DNA from: Terriglobia bacterium
Lineage (GTDB): Bacteria > Acidobacteriota > Terriglobia > Acidiferrales > UBA7541
Length of the DNA stretch: 64,000 bases
Assembly (NCBI GenBank): GCA_963695545.1
Contig: OY968796.1
Location: 1,536,001-1,600,000 of the forward strand
Direction of reading: 5' to 3'
Both the position numbers and the translations under genes were made by a program. Below, piece by piece: positions 38,406 through 48,256 of the stretch; position 1 is the first letter of the stretch, and the number at the start of each line of letters is the position of its first letter. The notes beneath the pieces are model-generated. The model had not been told where the DNA came from and did no database searches. It was given only the letters and a program-made list of their open reading frames with translations.

Positions 38406-39910
38406 TGAACGCCAGAACTTTGCGCCGCTCGCGCCGTCTTCTTTGTTTTTTGCTCGTGATGCCCGCTGCGGCGGGCTTGACGAGTTGCGCCGTGCCGCTC
38501 GGCGCCGGGTTCCATCTGGATGCGCGCGAAATTCAAGTTCGTTCGCAGCCTTCCGATCCGCCGGTGCTGCATGTTCTCGTCAGCGACCGCTTGGCAAACG
38601 TCGGCAATCGCCCGCTTGATTCGCTGATTATCGAAATGCCCTCCGGATCGACGTTCGGTCTAAGTAATCTGCGCGCCACCGTCGACGGCGAAGACGCCGA
38701 GCCCGTTTTGCTACCGGCCGCCGCGGCGCAGTTGTATCGCGTTCCTTTCGATCCCGCGTGGCCGGATGGCGCACCGAGCCGAATGCACAGCGTCGTTTTG
38801 GAATATGATCTCGCGCCGGCCGCCGGTGGACGCGGCACGATGGGTTTGGCCACGGAAAGTTTTCACGTGGCCGATCACTCGGCGTTTCCTCTTTGGCAGG
38901 TGCCACCCGGAGTTTTCTCGAAGGGCAATCCCGATGCGCACAACACGATTCTGCGCGTTTTGGCTCCTGCGGATGATCTCGTTGCGGCTTCGGGCGCCGA
39001 GGTCGGCAATCGGCATCCGAAACAGGAAGCCGATCGTGTGTTTCGCATCGCGCGCGGCGATCCGTATCCGTTTGTGGTGGCCGGCCAGTATCAGGAGAAG
39101 CAGATTGACGCATCCGGACGCAGCGTAGTTTTTTGGACGCTCGCGACGTTGGACGCAGACGCTGCGCAGCCACTGGCCTCGCGGCTCGCGATTGCGCGCG
39201 GCGCATACGAAAAGTTTTTCGGCCGCGGCCCGGGCAAAGTAGATGCGACGCTTCGCGTCGTCGAAACCCAGGAATCCATTCCGGCGGAATTCGGCGCGAG
39301 CGACGATCCGGGCGGCGCGTCATTTCCCGGTGGCGTCCTGCTCGATTCGCGTGCCTTCGCGGCAGGGCTTTCGAGCGAGCCGGTTCTCGAACTCGCCGAA
39401 TACGAACTGGCGCGCTCATGGTTCGGCTGGATCGTGCGCCCCAATCCCGCCGCGCAGATTCTAATGGGACGCGGCGCCGGCCTTTATGCCGTCACACTGG
39501 CGGCGCGCGCGCGCGGCGGTGAGTCCGAGCGCGACGCCGCGGTCGCGGATTTGGTGCGGCGTTACCAGAACGCGCGGCAGCGCGCGGCGGACCGCCCGTT
39601 GCTTGAGCCGGCGACGGGATATCCGCACGAGCAACGCGTCGCCAGCGGCTACAAGGCCGCGCTGTTTTTCGTCGCGCTTGAGGAGCGCGCTGGAACCGAT
39701 CCGATGCGCCGCGCGATGCATCGCGTGGTTCACGACATGGCCGGCAAAGAAGTCGGCGCCAACGAATTGCGTTCGGCGGTGGAGGCCGAAACGCACCAGA
39801 GCTTCGCGGAATTTTTCCGCACATGGCTCAACCAGCCGGGAATACCGGCGGCATTTTTGGCGGCGCATCAGGCGGGTGCTTCCGCGACGGTTGCACCGCG
39901 CGGGCGCTGA
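38405..39910 (+). CDS. M1 aminopeptidase-like lipoprotein with degenerate zinc site
   Basis: Lipobox LTSC; YELARSWFG in place of HExxHxWFG; GYKAALFFVALE..G, FFRTWLNQPGIP C-terminal M1 pattern. Confidence 0.7.
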   Translation: MNARTLRRSRRLLCFLLVMPAAAGLTSCAVPLGAGFHLDAREIQVRSQPSDPPVLHVLVSDRLANVGNRPLDSLIIEMPSGSTFGLSNLRATVDGEDAEPVLLPAAAAQLYRVPFDPAWPDGAPSRMHSVVLEYDLAPAAGGRGTMGLATESFHVADHSAFPLWQVPPGVFSKGNPDAHNTILRVLAPADDLVAASGAEVGNRHPKQEADRVFRIARGDPYPFVVAGQYQEKQIDASGRSVVFWTLATLDADAAQPLASRLAIARGAYEKFFGRGPGKVDATLRVVETQESIPAEFGASDDPGGASFPGGVLLDSRAFAAGLSSEPVLELAEYELARSWFGWIVRPNPAAQILMGRGAGLYAVTLAARARGGESERDAAVADLVRRYQNARQRAADRPLLEPATGYPHEQRVASGYKAALFFVALEERAGTDPMRRAMHRVVHDMAGKEVGANELRSAVEAETHQSFAEFFRTWLNQPGIPAAFLAAHQAGASATVAPRGR

Positions 39911-40018
39911 GCCGCCGCGCGCAAACATCGTTCGCAAGATTTGCAATCGCACCGACGCGACGCGCAACAACATTCGTGGCAGCGCTAATGAGAGCGCTCG
40001 CGACAAACGGAGGTCATC

Positions 40019-40396
40019 GTGATCGAAGCTGTGGCGACTGAAGGCGCACCGAAAGCCATCGGTCCATATTCTCAGGGCATCAAGGCCAATGGCTTTGTTT
40101 TTGCCTCGGGACAAGTTGCGCTCGATCCGAGCACGCAACAACTGGTGCAGGGCGATGTCGCTGTTCAAACCGAGCGCGTGCTCGAAAATTTGAAAGCCGT
40201 CGTCGAGGCAGCCGGCTCGTCGCTCCACCGCACGGTGAAGACCACGGTGTACTTGGCGGATCTGAATGATTTCGCCAAAATGAACGAGGTCTACGCGCGC
40301 TATTTTGGAGAGCGGCCGCCGGCCCGCGCGACGGTCCAAGTGGCGCGTTTGCCGCGCGACGCCCGCGTCGAAATCGACTTGATTGCATTGGCGTAG
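40019..40396 (+). CDS. ridA: RidA/YjgF family enamine deaminase
   Basis: [46 protein letters not shown]. Confidence 0.93.
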   Translation: MIEAVATEGAPKAIGPYSQGIKANGFVFASGQVALDPSTQQLVQGDVAVQTERVLENLKAVVEAAGSSLHRTVKTTVYLADLNDFAKMNEVYARYFGERPPARATVQVARLPRDARVEIDLIALA

Positions 40397-40514
40397 AGCC
40401 CGCGGCGAGATGCGCTGCGCAGTTCGCGCTCGAAACACACCCGCGTCGCGCTTCGCTAGGCAGGCGCGCCGGGCTGATGCTAAAATCGGCGGCACGCGCA
40501 ATTCGCAAGACGAT

Positions 40515-40591
40515 GGGCCTGTAGCTCAGGTGGCTAGAGCGCACCCCTGATAAGGGTGAGGTCGGTGGTTCAAGTCCACCCAGGCCCACCA
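40515..40591 (+). tRNA. tRNA-Ile(GAT)
   Basis: GGGCCTG/CAGGCCC acceptor stem, CACCC-CTGATAA-GGGTG anticodon arm, GGTTCAAGTCC T arm, encoded CCA; TG-c-TAAAAT upstream at 40478-40486. Confidence 0.97.
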
Positions 40592-40721
40592 TTCAATCGA
40601 GTGGTTTACAATCAGCTCCGCCGACTAAATGATCGAGGTAGAGGAAGCCGCGCGAATGGCTTCCATTGGCGAGATCACGTTATGATTCGCGCGCCGCGTC
40701 AGACCGGCTCGGGGGATGGCC

Positions 40722-41822
40722 ATGAAAAGAGTTTGGATCGCATTGGTCGCGCTTCTTGCGGCGGGCTCTGGTGTATCTGCCGCAGCGGGCGTGACGAAAA
40801 TCAAAAGTTTCGAGAACTGGCCCGCGGGAGCTTCGCCGCGGGAAATCGGCACGCGCGTCGCCGAGCGATTCATTGCCACTCCGCACGCGAAACTAGGCGG
40901 CGTGATGGCCGCGGGTAAAATTACATACCCGGAAGTTGTCACCTGGTATGGCGCGCTCACCTTTGCGCAACTCACGGGAAATAAAGATATGACGTCGAGC
41001 TTGACCGAGCGGTTCGCGCCGCTGTTTTCCACCGACGCCGCGATGATTCCCGATCCGGTTAATGTGGACTCCACGGTATTCGGCGCCGTTCCGTTTGAAC
41101 TTTATATCGAGACGCGAGACCCGCGGTATTTGGATCTCGGCAAGCATTTCGCCGATACACAATGGGAGAATCCAACGCCGGACGGGCTAAGCAGTCAATC
41201 GCGCTTTTGGATCGACGATATGTACATGATCACGCTCGTCGAGGTGCAGGCGTATCGCGCCACGCACGATGCGAAATATCTCGATCGCGCGGCGCTCGAG
41301 ATGAGCGCTTATCTCGATAAGCTGCAGCAACCCAACGGACTTTTTTATCACGCGCCGGACGTGCCATTTTTCTGGGGCCGAGGCGATGGCTGGGTGGCCG
41401 CGGGAATGGCGGAATTGCTGAGCTCGATGCCGGCGAATCATCCGCTGCGCCCCAAAATCATGGCGGGCTATCTTAAGATGATGGCCGCGCTGCTGAAATA
41501 TCAGGGCGCCGATGGATTGTGGAAGCAATTGCTCGATCATCCGGAGGCCTGGGATGAAACCTCCTGCAGCGGGATGTTCACCTTCGCGATGATCACCGGC
41601 GTGAAAAACGGATGGCTCAACAAGAAAATTTATGCGCCCGCGGCACGAAAAGGATGGCTTGGCCTGGTGAGCAAGATTGACGCAGATGGCGATATCAGCG
41701 ACGTCTGCGAAGGCACCAACAAGAAAAACGATCTCAATTACTATTTAACTCGCGCGCGCAAAACAGGGGATTTGCACGGCCAAGCGCCGATTTTATGGTG
41801 CGCCTCGGCGTTCTTGCGTTAA
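40722..41822 (+). CDS. GH105/GH88 unsaturated rhamnogalacturonyl hydrolase, secreted
   Basis: FWIDDMYM, GLFYH, FWGRGDGW, GLWKQLL, ETSCSGMF, HGQAP; signal peptide. Confidence 0.88.
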   Translation: MKRVWIALVALLAAGSGVSAAAGVTKIKSFENWPAGASPREIGTRVAERFIATPHAKLGGVMAAGKITYPEVVTWYGALTFAQLTGNKDMTSSLTERFAPLFSTDAAMIPDPVNVDSTVFGAVPFELYIETRDPRYLDLGKHFADTQWENPTPDGLSSQSRFWIDDMYMITLVEVQAYRATHDAKYLDRAALEMSAYLDKLQQPNGLFYHAPDVPFFWGRGDGWVAAGMAELLSSMPANHPLRPKIMAGYLKMMAALLKYQGADGLWKQLLDHPEAWDETSCSGMFTFAMITGVKNGWLNKKIYAPAARKGWLGLVSKIDADGDISDVCEGTNKKNDLNYYLTRARKTGDLHGQAPILWCASAFLR

Positions 41823-41975
41823 GCGCTGCGCGCAACGCGCGGTGCGAGGCTAGACGGATACGAAGCGATTTGCCGGGAGCGCCAGCGCCCGAGGAAGAAC
41901 AACGCTATTTCCTTCAATTCTTGCGGTCCTATAGAATGGCGCCGCTCGTCGGAAACCCATAAGGAGAACAACACC

Positions 41976-42551
41976 ATGAAAGCGCACGTTCGAGTTTTGT
42001 TCATGACCGGAGTCGCATGCTTCATTCTTGGCGCCGGCTCGGTTTGGGTGGGGCGAATGACCGCGAACGCAGCGAATCCGCAGACCACGGCGGCGACCCC
42101 GGCTACGACTACGACGACGACCGAAGAACCAGACAGCATGAGCGAGAAGAACGACGCACATATCAAGATTGCGGATCGCACAAAATCCTATCTTGCGTCG
42201 GTCACGACAAAAAATGCACTCAAGGTGGATGGTTCGGCGGTGACTCAGCCGGTGATCATCGCTTCTCCGGGGAGCGGGCTAAACGGAGACCTTCCCGAAA
42301 ATACCGTCAGCCCGGATCTGGGATATCCGGCGACGCTGACGATGTGCTGGGATGCGGACCAAGTGACCGTGTTGGAATCGGTCGATGGGAAGACTTGGTT
42401 TCCGAATATGTCGACTCAGGCGGGAAAGGATACGGGAATCATGGTCGTGGGAATTGGCTGCATGAGCGTTCCGCCGGCGCGCTTCGTAAAATGGACTTCG
42501 CAGGATTACATGTTTCCGAAGGCCGACGGTATGTTTCAAGCCAGCTACTAG
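41976..42551 (+). CDS. Hypothetical secreted protein with Thr-rich linker
   Basis: AAGGAG RBS; hydrophobic N-terminus; TTAATPATTTTTT. Confidence 0.65.
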   Translation: MKAHVRVLFMTGVACFILGAGSVWVGRMTANAANPQTTAATPATTTTTTEEPDSMSEKNDAHIKIADRTKSYLASVTTKNALKVDGSAVTQPVIIASPGSGLNGDLPENTVSPDLGYPATLTMCWDADQVTVLESVDGKTWFPNMSTQAGKDTGIMVVGIGCMSVPPARFVKWTSQDYMFPKADGMFQASY

Positions 42552-42587
42552 ACGCGTGGGCGAAACGTTGTCGCCAGGAGGCGGACC

Positions 42588-43433
42588 GTGCATCGGAGTC
42601 TAAGTCGAATCAAGATCGTTCTCGTGTGCGTTGCGCTAGCGTGCGGAGCCGCGGCGATCGCGAAGCAATCACCGTCGGCTGCAAGCCGGCCTACGCCACA
42701 GATGATGAACGATTCGTGGCTCAGCGGAATCGCTTCGGGCCAGACGCGCGTCGTCGATCTGACGTATGCGATTGCAGCGGGGCTGCCGTCGTGGCCGGGA
42801 TCGCCGGCGACGTTCGAGGCAACGGTGAATGCGACGATTGCGAAGGACGGTCACTTTGCGCGCACGTTCACGTTGTACGAGCACTACGGAACGCACATGG
42901 ACGCACCGGCGCACTTCGCGGAGGGGAAAGAAACGCTCGATCAGATTCCCGTGAATCATCTGATGGGTCCGGCGGTGGTGATCGACGCGACGGCCGACGT
43001 AACGAAAAATCCCGATTATCAATTACCCGCTTCGAGCGTCGAGCGCTGGGAGGCCGCGCACGGAACGATTCCGGCGGGAGCGATTGTGTTGCTGAATACC
43101 GGGTGGGCGAAGCGCTGGCCGGATGAAGCGCGTTATCGAAACGTGGATGCGAGCGGCACGATGCATTTTCCGGGCTATTCGGCGGATGCGGCGAAGCTGC
43201 TGGTCAGCCGGGGCGTGAGCGGCATCGGGCTCGATACGCTGGCCGTGGATTACGGTCCTTCGACGGATCACATCGTGCATCACATCGTCCTAGGACAGAA
43301 TATTTTTATTCTCGAAAATCTTGCGGACATGAGCGGGCTGCCAGAATCGGGAGCGTTCGTGATCGCCGCGCCAATTAAGCTTGAAGGTGGATCGGGCGGG
43401 GCGGTTCGCGTGTTCGTGATTTTGCCACAGTAA
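42588..43433 (+). CDS. Cyclase family metallohydrolase (kynurenine formamidase-like), with signal peptide
   Basis: EHYGTHMDAPAHF, GIGLDT, ILENL, GGSGGAVR; AGGAGG RBS. Confidence 0.88.
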   Translation: MHRSLSRIKIVLVCVALACGAAAIAKQSPSAASRPTPQMMNDSWLSGIASGQTRVVDLTYAIAAGLPSWPGSPATFEATVNATIAKDGHFARTFTLYEHYGTHMDAPAHFAEGKETLDQIPVNHLMGPAVVIDATADVTKNPDYQLPASSVERWEAAHGTIPAGAIVLLNTGWAKRWPDEARYRNVDASGTMHFPGYSADAAKLLVSRGVSGIGLDTLAVDYGPSTDHIVHHIVLGQNIFILENLADMSGLPESGAFVIAAPIKLEGGSGGAVRVFVILPQ

Positions 43434-43465
43434 TATTCCTCGGCGAAATTCAGCGAGAAAACCAT

Positions 43466-44731
43466 ATGACCAACAGCACGCCAGCGGACGACAGCAAGAT
43501 CGCGCGCGGGATGGTCGCGGTGGTCGTGTTGCTGATGATCTCGGTGCTCATCAATTACATCGATCGCGGCAATCTTTCGATTGCCGCGTCAATGATTCAG
43601 GACGAATTGAAGATTTCGCATTCGCAACTTGGGATTTTGCTCTCAGCATTCTTCTGGACCTACGCGGCATGCCAATTGATTTCCGGCTGGCTAGTGGATC
43701 GATTCAACGTGAACTGGGTGATGGCGGGCGGATTTTTGGTGTGGTCCACGGCAACTGCGATGACCGGACTGGTGCATGGCCTCGCGGCATTGTTTGCGGT
43801 GCGGCTGTTGCTGGGCGTGGGCGAATCGGTCGCGTACCCATCGTACTCAAAAATATTTGCGAACCATCTTCATGAGCGCCACCGAGGTTTTGCCAACTCC
43901 TTGATTGCCGCCGGAGTGTCTCTGGGTCCGGCGCTTGGTCTTTTGGCCGGCGGCGAAGTGATCGCGAAATTCGGGTGGCGGCCGTTTTTCGTCGTTTTGG
44001 GATTGGCGAGCTTGCTGTGGATTCCCGCGTGGATTGTGTTTATGCCGCGCGGGCCGAGTTTGGGCGGCGCGGTCGGCAGGCATGTGGGTCCAGGCATCGC
44101 GGAGATTTTGGAACAACGCTCGCTGTGGGGCTCGGCCGCGGGACTTTTCTGTGTGAACTATGTGTCGTATTTTCTGATTATCTGGCTGCCTTACTATTTG
44201 ACGCGGGAACGACATCTGCCGACCGGAACGATGGTGGTGATCGGCGCGCTCGTTTACGTGATGAGCTCGGTATTCGCGACAATTTGCGGGTGGCTTTCGG
44301 ACCGCTGGATCGCGGCAGGCAGCGGACCGACTTTGGTGCGCAAGGGATTCATGTCGGCGGGCATGATTCTGTCGGCAATTTTTCTGGTGGTCGGCGTCGC
44401 TGCGCCCCGGATGCACATTGCGATGCTGCTTTGGCTGCTCGCGGGAGCGGCGTACGGCGTGTCTGCGTCAAATACCTGGGCGATCACGCAGGCGCTTGCC
44501 GGGCCGCAGGCCGCGGGCAAGTGGACGGGTTTTCAGAATTTCATCGGCAACATGGCGGGAATCGTGGCCGGCGCGCTCACTGGCTATTTGCTCGATCGCA
44601 CGGGGCGATTTTTCTGGCCGTTCACGGCGACCGCAATCATCGCCGTTTTCGGCTGCCTCTGCTACGTGTTCATCGTTGGGCCCATCGAAGAGGCGCGCTG
44701 GCGCTCCAGCCCGCGCCTCGATTCCGCCTAA
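43466..44731 (+). CDS. MFS transporter, anion:cation symporter type (sugar acid-like)
   Basis: INYIDRGNLS, SAFFWTYA, GWLVDRF, RLLLGVGES, GWLSDR; about 12 TM segments. Confidence 0.9.
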   Translation: MTNSTPADDSKIARGMVAVVVLLMISVLINYIDRGNLSIAASMIQDELKISHSQLGILLSAFFWTYAACQLISGWLVDRFNVNWVMAGGFLVWSTATAMTGLVHGLAALFAVRLLLGVGESVAYPSYSKIFANHLHERHRGFANSLIAAGVSLGPALGLLAGGEVIAKFGWRPFFVVLGLASLLWIPAWIVFMPRGPSLGGAVGRHVGPGIAEILEQRSLWGSAAGLFCVNYVSYFLIIWLPYYLTRERHLPTGTMVVIGALVYVMSSVFATICGWLSDRWIAAGSGPTLVRKGFMSAGMILSAIFLVVGVAAPRMHIAMLLWLLAGAAYGVSASNTWAITQALAGPQAAGKWTGFQNFIGNMAGIVAGALTGYLLDRTGRFFWPFTATAIIAVFGCLCYVFIVGPIEEARWRSSPRLDSA

Positions 44732-44865
44732 CGCCGCTGAAGCGCTGCCTTCCAGGTTTTCGAGTGGTAATCCTGCCGCCTACGGTGCTAGACTCCGCCC
44801 GTCTGGACGTTCGCTTCCATGTTGAGGCGGCGCCCCCACGGATTTCCTAGGCCCAAGGCTCGATC

Positions 44866-45213
44866 GTGGCAAAGGAGGATACCCCGGTGGAGGGACCCAG
44901 TCTTAGTCGTTTGCCTCGTACGATCTTCCGTTGTCCTGTAGAGCTTCGCACAAGCGAATCGAATAAGCGGTGTGCTTTGGCTATCGGCAATTTCAACGGC
45001 CACGGGATGTTTCTGATGGCCGAACAACTGCCGATGGGCGCGCCCGTGCATGTGACGTTTCATGCGCGGCACGATGCGGAGCTCGACGGGATCGTACGAT
45101 TTTCGGGCGGCACGGGCACGGGCATCGCGTTCGGCGCGTTGACCGAGGCCCAGCATCAGGCGCTCGATGAGCTGATTGCCGAGTTTACGCCGGGCGAAAT
45201 TCTTTCGGCCTAA
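44866..45213 (+). CDS. PilZ-like domain protein
   Basis: SRLPR, NFNGHGMFL, LPMG..V.V.F, GIVRF..GIAF pattern; c-di-GMP motifs imperfect. Confidence 0.6.
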   Translation: MAKEDTPVEGPSLSRLPRTIFRCPVELRTSESNKRCALAIGNFNGHGMFLMAEQLPMGAPVHVTFHARHDAELDGIVRFSGGTGTGIAFGALTEAQHQALDELIAEFTPGEILSA

Positions 45214-45266
45214 CGGAGCTTGGCGCGTAGGACAGAGAAATTCGTCTTCCGGGGAGGGGTGTTGCC

Positions 45267-47243
45267 ATGAGCGACTTTCAGATCGGCATCGGCGGCGCGG
45301 CAGGAGATGGACTCGACAAAGCGGGCGACACACTCGCGAAAACGGCTGCGCGTCTGGGCCTGTACGTCTACGCCTACAACAGCTATCAATCCGTGATCCG
45401 CGGCGGGCACATCTGGCTGCGCGTGCGCATGGGGCAGGAAAAAGTGCGCTCGCACGGCGACAACCTGAACGTGCTGATCGCGCTCAATCAGGACTCGATC
45501 GAACGCCACGCGCCCGAAGTGGATGCCGGCGGCGTCGTGCTATTCAATTCCGACAAGCTCAAGTGCAACATTCCGCTGCGCGAGGGAGTGACGCAAGCCG
45601 CGTTGCCCATTGGCGCGCTCACGAAACCATTCGGTCCGATGCAGCCGGTGATGCAGAACACCGTGGCGCTGGGAGCGCTGCTGTTTCTGGGGAATCTCGA
45701 ATTCGACGTGATCGCGGAAGTGCTGAATGACACGTTCGGTCATAAGGGCAAGCCGGTGGTGGACCAGAATGTGAATTTGGCGCGCGCGGGCTACGATTAC
45801 GCGAAAGAACATTTCAAGCCGCTGGCGCACAAGTGGAATTTCACGCGCAAGCGCCGGCCGTTCTTGACCGGCAATGAGGCCTTTGCGATTGCCGCCGCGG
45901 CTGCGGGATGCCGATTCTATTCGGCGTATCCGATGACGCCGGCTTCCGCGATTTTGCATTGGATGGCGACGCATGCCGAGCGCTGCGGCATCGTGGTGAA
46001 ACAGTGCGAAGACGAGCTTGCGGTTGCGAACATGGCGATCGGCGCTGGTTACGCGGGCGTGCGCTCGATGTGCGCGACATCAGGCGGCGGTTTTGCGCTG
46101 ATGACCGAAGCGATCGGCATGGCGGGAATGATCGAAGCGCCGGTGGTGATCGTGGAAGTGCAGCGCGGCGGACCTTCGACCGGCATTCCGACGAAGACCG
46201 AGCAGGCCGACCTGAATCAGGTGTATGGCGCCTCGCAAGGTGATTTTCCGCGCGTGATTATCGCGCCGCGCGACGTGGCCGATTGCTACGCGAGCACGGT
46301 GGAAGCGTTCAACTTGGCCGATAAATATCAGCTGCCGGTGATGCTTATCTCGGACTTATTGGTATCGGAGCATCCCGAAACGATCGAGCCTTCGGAGATG
46401 CCGGCCGATGTTCCGATTGATCGCGGCGCGCTGGTCACTTCGTGGGACAACTCGAAGGGCCGATTCAAGCGCTACGCTTTCACGAAGTCGGGCGTTTCTC
46501 CGCGGGCGCTGCCCGGCACGGCCAACACCATTCACGTTGCGCCGACGGACGACCACGACGAAGAGGGCGTGCTGATCAGCGACGTTTTTACGAATTCGGC
46601 GCTGCGACGGAAAATTTCGGAAAAGCGCATGAAGAAAGTGGATCTATTGCTGAAGGAATTGCCGGCGCCGAAGCTTGAAGGCCCGGCCGATGCCGAAGTT
46701 ACGCTGATTACCTGGGGCTCCACGCACGGCGTGGTGCATGAGGCAATCGGGCTGCTTGCCGCAGCTGGAATTCGCGCAAACCAATTGAACTTCAAGTATC
46801 TGCTGCCGTTCCACGCTCGCGAGGCCAAAGAAATTCTGAGCCGCACGAAGCGAACCATTTGCGTGGAAGCTAACTACACAGGTCAATTTGCGCGCCACTT
46901 GCGCGCCGAAACCGGTTTCTCGGTGAGCGATCAGTATTTGAAATACGACGGCGAACCGTTTGAGCCGCTGCAAGTCGTCGATCATGTGCGCGCGATTCTG
47001 GAAGGGCGGGAGCGCTCGCTTGACGTCACGCCGGCCGAAGCGCGCGAAATCGCTTATCACTATGTGCGCGTTCACCTGAACGAGGACTTGCGGCCCGGGC
47101 GCCTGGAGAAAGCTTCGGGCAACGGCGCGGGGGAAGAAATTTGGCGCGTTGAGATCGTGAACCGCGATTCGGGTGAAAAGCGCGGCGAGTTGCAGGTCGG
47201 CGTAGAAACAGGTTCCACGCATTCCTGGCAGGCGCTCGCGTGA
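45267..47243 (+). CDS. 2-oxoacid:ferredoxin oxidoreductase alpha subunit (gamma-alpha fusion)
   Basis: GGAAGDG, YQSVIRGGH, GNEA, YPMTPAS, EDE, ATSGGG, QRGGPSTG.PT. Confidence 0.93.
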   Translation: MSDFQIGIGGAAGDGLDKAGDTLAKTAARLGLYVYAYNSYQSVIRGGHIWLRVRMGQEKVRSHGDNLNVLIALNQDSIERHAPEVDAGGVVLFNSDKLKCNIPLREGVTQAALPIGALTKPFGPMQPVMQNTVALGALLFLGNLEFDVIAEVLNDTFGHKGKPVVDQNVNLARAGYDYAKEHFKPLAHKWNFTRKRRPFLTGNEAFAIAAAAAGCRFYSAYPMTPASAILHWMATHAERCGIVVKQCEDELAVANMAIGAGYAGVRSMCATSGGGFALMTEAIGMAGMIEAPVVIVEVQRGGPSTGIPTKTEQADLNQVYGASQGDFPRVIIAPRDVADCYASTVEAFNLADKYQLPVMLISDLLVSEHPETIEPSEMPADVPIDRGALVTSWDNSKGRFKRYAFTKSGVSPRALPGTANTIHVAPTDDHDEEGVLISDVFTNSALRRKISEKRMKKVDLLLKELPAPKLEGPADAEVTLITWGSTHGVVHEAIGLLAAAGIRANQLNFKYLLPFHAREAKEILSRTKRTICVEANYTGQFARHLRAETGFSVSDQYLKYDGEPFEPLQVVDHVRAILEGRERSLDVTPAEAREIAYHYVRVHLNEDLRPGRLEKASGNGAGEEIWRVEIVNRDSGEKRGELQVGVETGSTHSWQALA

Positions 47244-47265
47244 ATCGAATTCTAGGAGAAATCAC

Positions 47266-48147
47266 ATGGCCACGATCATAGAACTGCCGATTGAAACTTT
47301 CGCAGGACCCGTGGATCCGGATTGGTGTCCCGGGTGCGGGGATTTCGCCGTGCTGAAGGCGGTGAAGATGGCCGCGTCGAAAGCGGGCGTCGCGCCAAAG
47401 GATCTGGTCGTGGTATCCGGGATCGGCTGCTCATCGAACCTGCCGGGGTTTATCCATTCGTATGGCGTGCATTCGCTGCATGGGCGCTCGGTGGCTGTGG
47501 CATCGGGCATTCACTTGGCGAACACGTCGCTCAAGGTGGTGATTACGGGCGGCGACGGCGATGGCTACGGAATCGGCATCGGCCACTTCATCCACGCCAT
47601 GCGCCGCAATCTCGATATGACCTACGTGGTCATGAACAATCAGATTTACGGACTGACGACGGGGCAAGCTTCTCCCACGACGACCAAGGAGATGCGCACG
47701 AAATCCACGCCGCGCGGCAACGTCGAATTTCCGATCAATCCGCTCGCGCTGGCGCTGGTATCCGGCGCCACGTACGTGGCGCGCGCGTTCTCCGGCGAGC
47801 CGAACCACATGGCCGATTTGATCGCCGGCGGAATCCAGCACAAGGGCTTCGCGTTGATCGATGTTTTTAGCCCGTGCGTCACGTACAACAAGCTCAATAC
47901 ATACCCGTGGTTCAAGAAGCGCGTGTACAAGCTCGAGGATGAAGTCGGTTATCACACGGGTGACATGCGCGCCGCGTTTGAGAAATCGTTTGAATGGGGA
48001 GATCGCATTCCGCTCGGCCTGCTCTACGCCGATCAGCAGCCCACCTACGAAGACAGCGAGCCCGCATTCGCGCGCGGCCCGCTGGTTCATCAGCCGCTCG
48101 GCGTCGATCCGGCGGTGTTCCAGTCACTGATCGAAGAGTTGATGTAG
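47266..48147 (+). CDS. 2-oxoacid:ferredoxin oxidoreductase beta subunit
   Basis: WCPGCGD, SGIGCSS, HGR, GGDGD (TPP), NNQIYGLTTGQASPT, SPCVTYN. Confidence 0.94.
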   Translation: MATIIELPIETFAGPVDPDWCPGCGDFAVLKAVKMAASKAGVAPKDLVVVSGIGCSSNLPGFIHSYGVHSLHGRSVAVASGIHLANTSLKVVITGGDGDGYGIGIGHFIHAMRRNLDMTYVVMNNQIYGLTTGQASPTTTKEMRTKSTPRGNVEFPINPLALALVSGATYVARAFSGEPNHMADLIAGGIQHKGFALIDVFSPCVTYNKLNTYPWFKKRVYKLEDEVGYHTGDMRAAFEKSFEWGDRIPLGLLYADQQPTYEDSEPAFARGPLVHQPLGVDPAVFQSLIEELM

Positions 48148-48256
48148 CGGCGGCATCCTCGGAGGTAGCGCGTCCGGCCACGCATCGGGCCGGCTTGAGG
48201 CGCGCTGCGCCCTGTCGTATCATTTCTGTGGGTGGATTCCGGAGTCACACAACTTC

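Noticed and set aside
40560..45200. Genomic island integrated at tRNA-Ile
   Set aside because: No integrase, and I saw no downstream copy of the tRNA 3' end; a computed repeat search would be needed to exclude a short one
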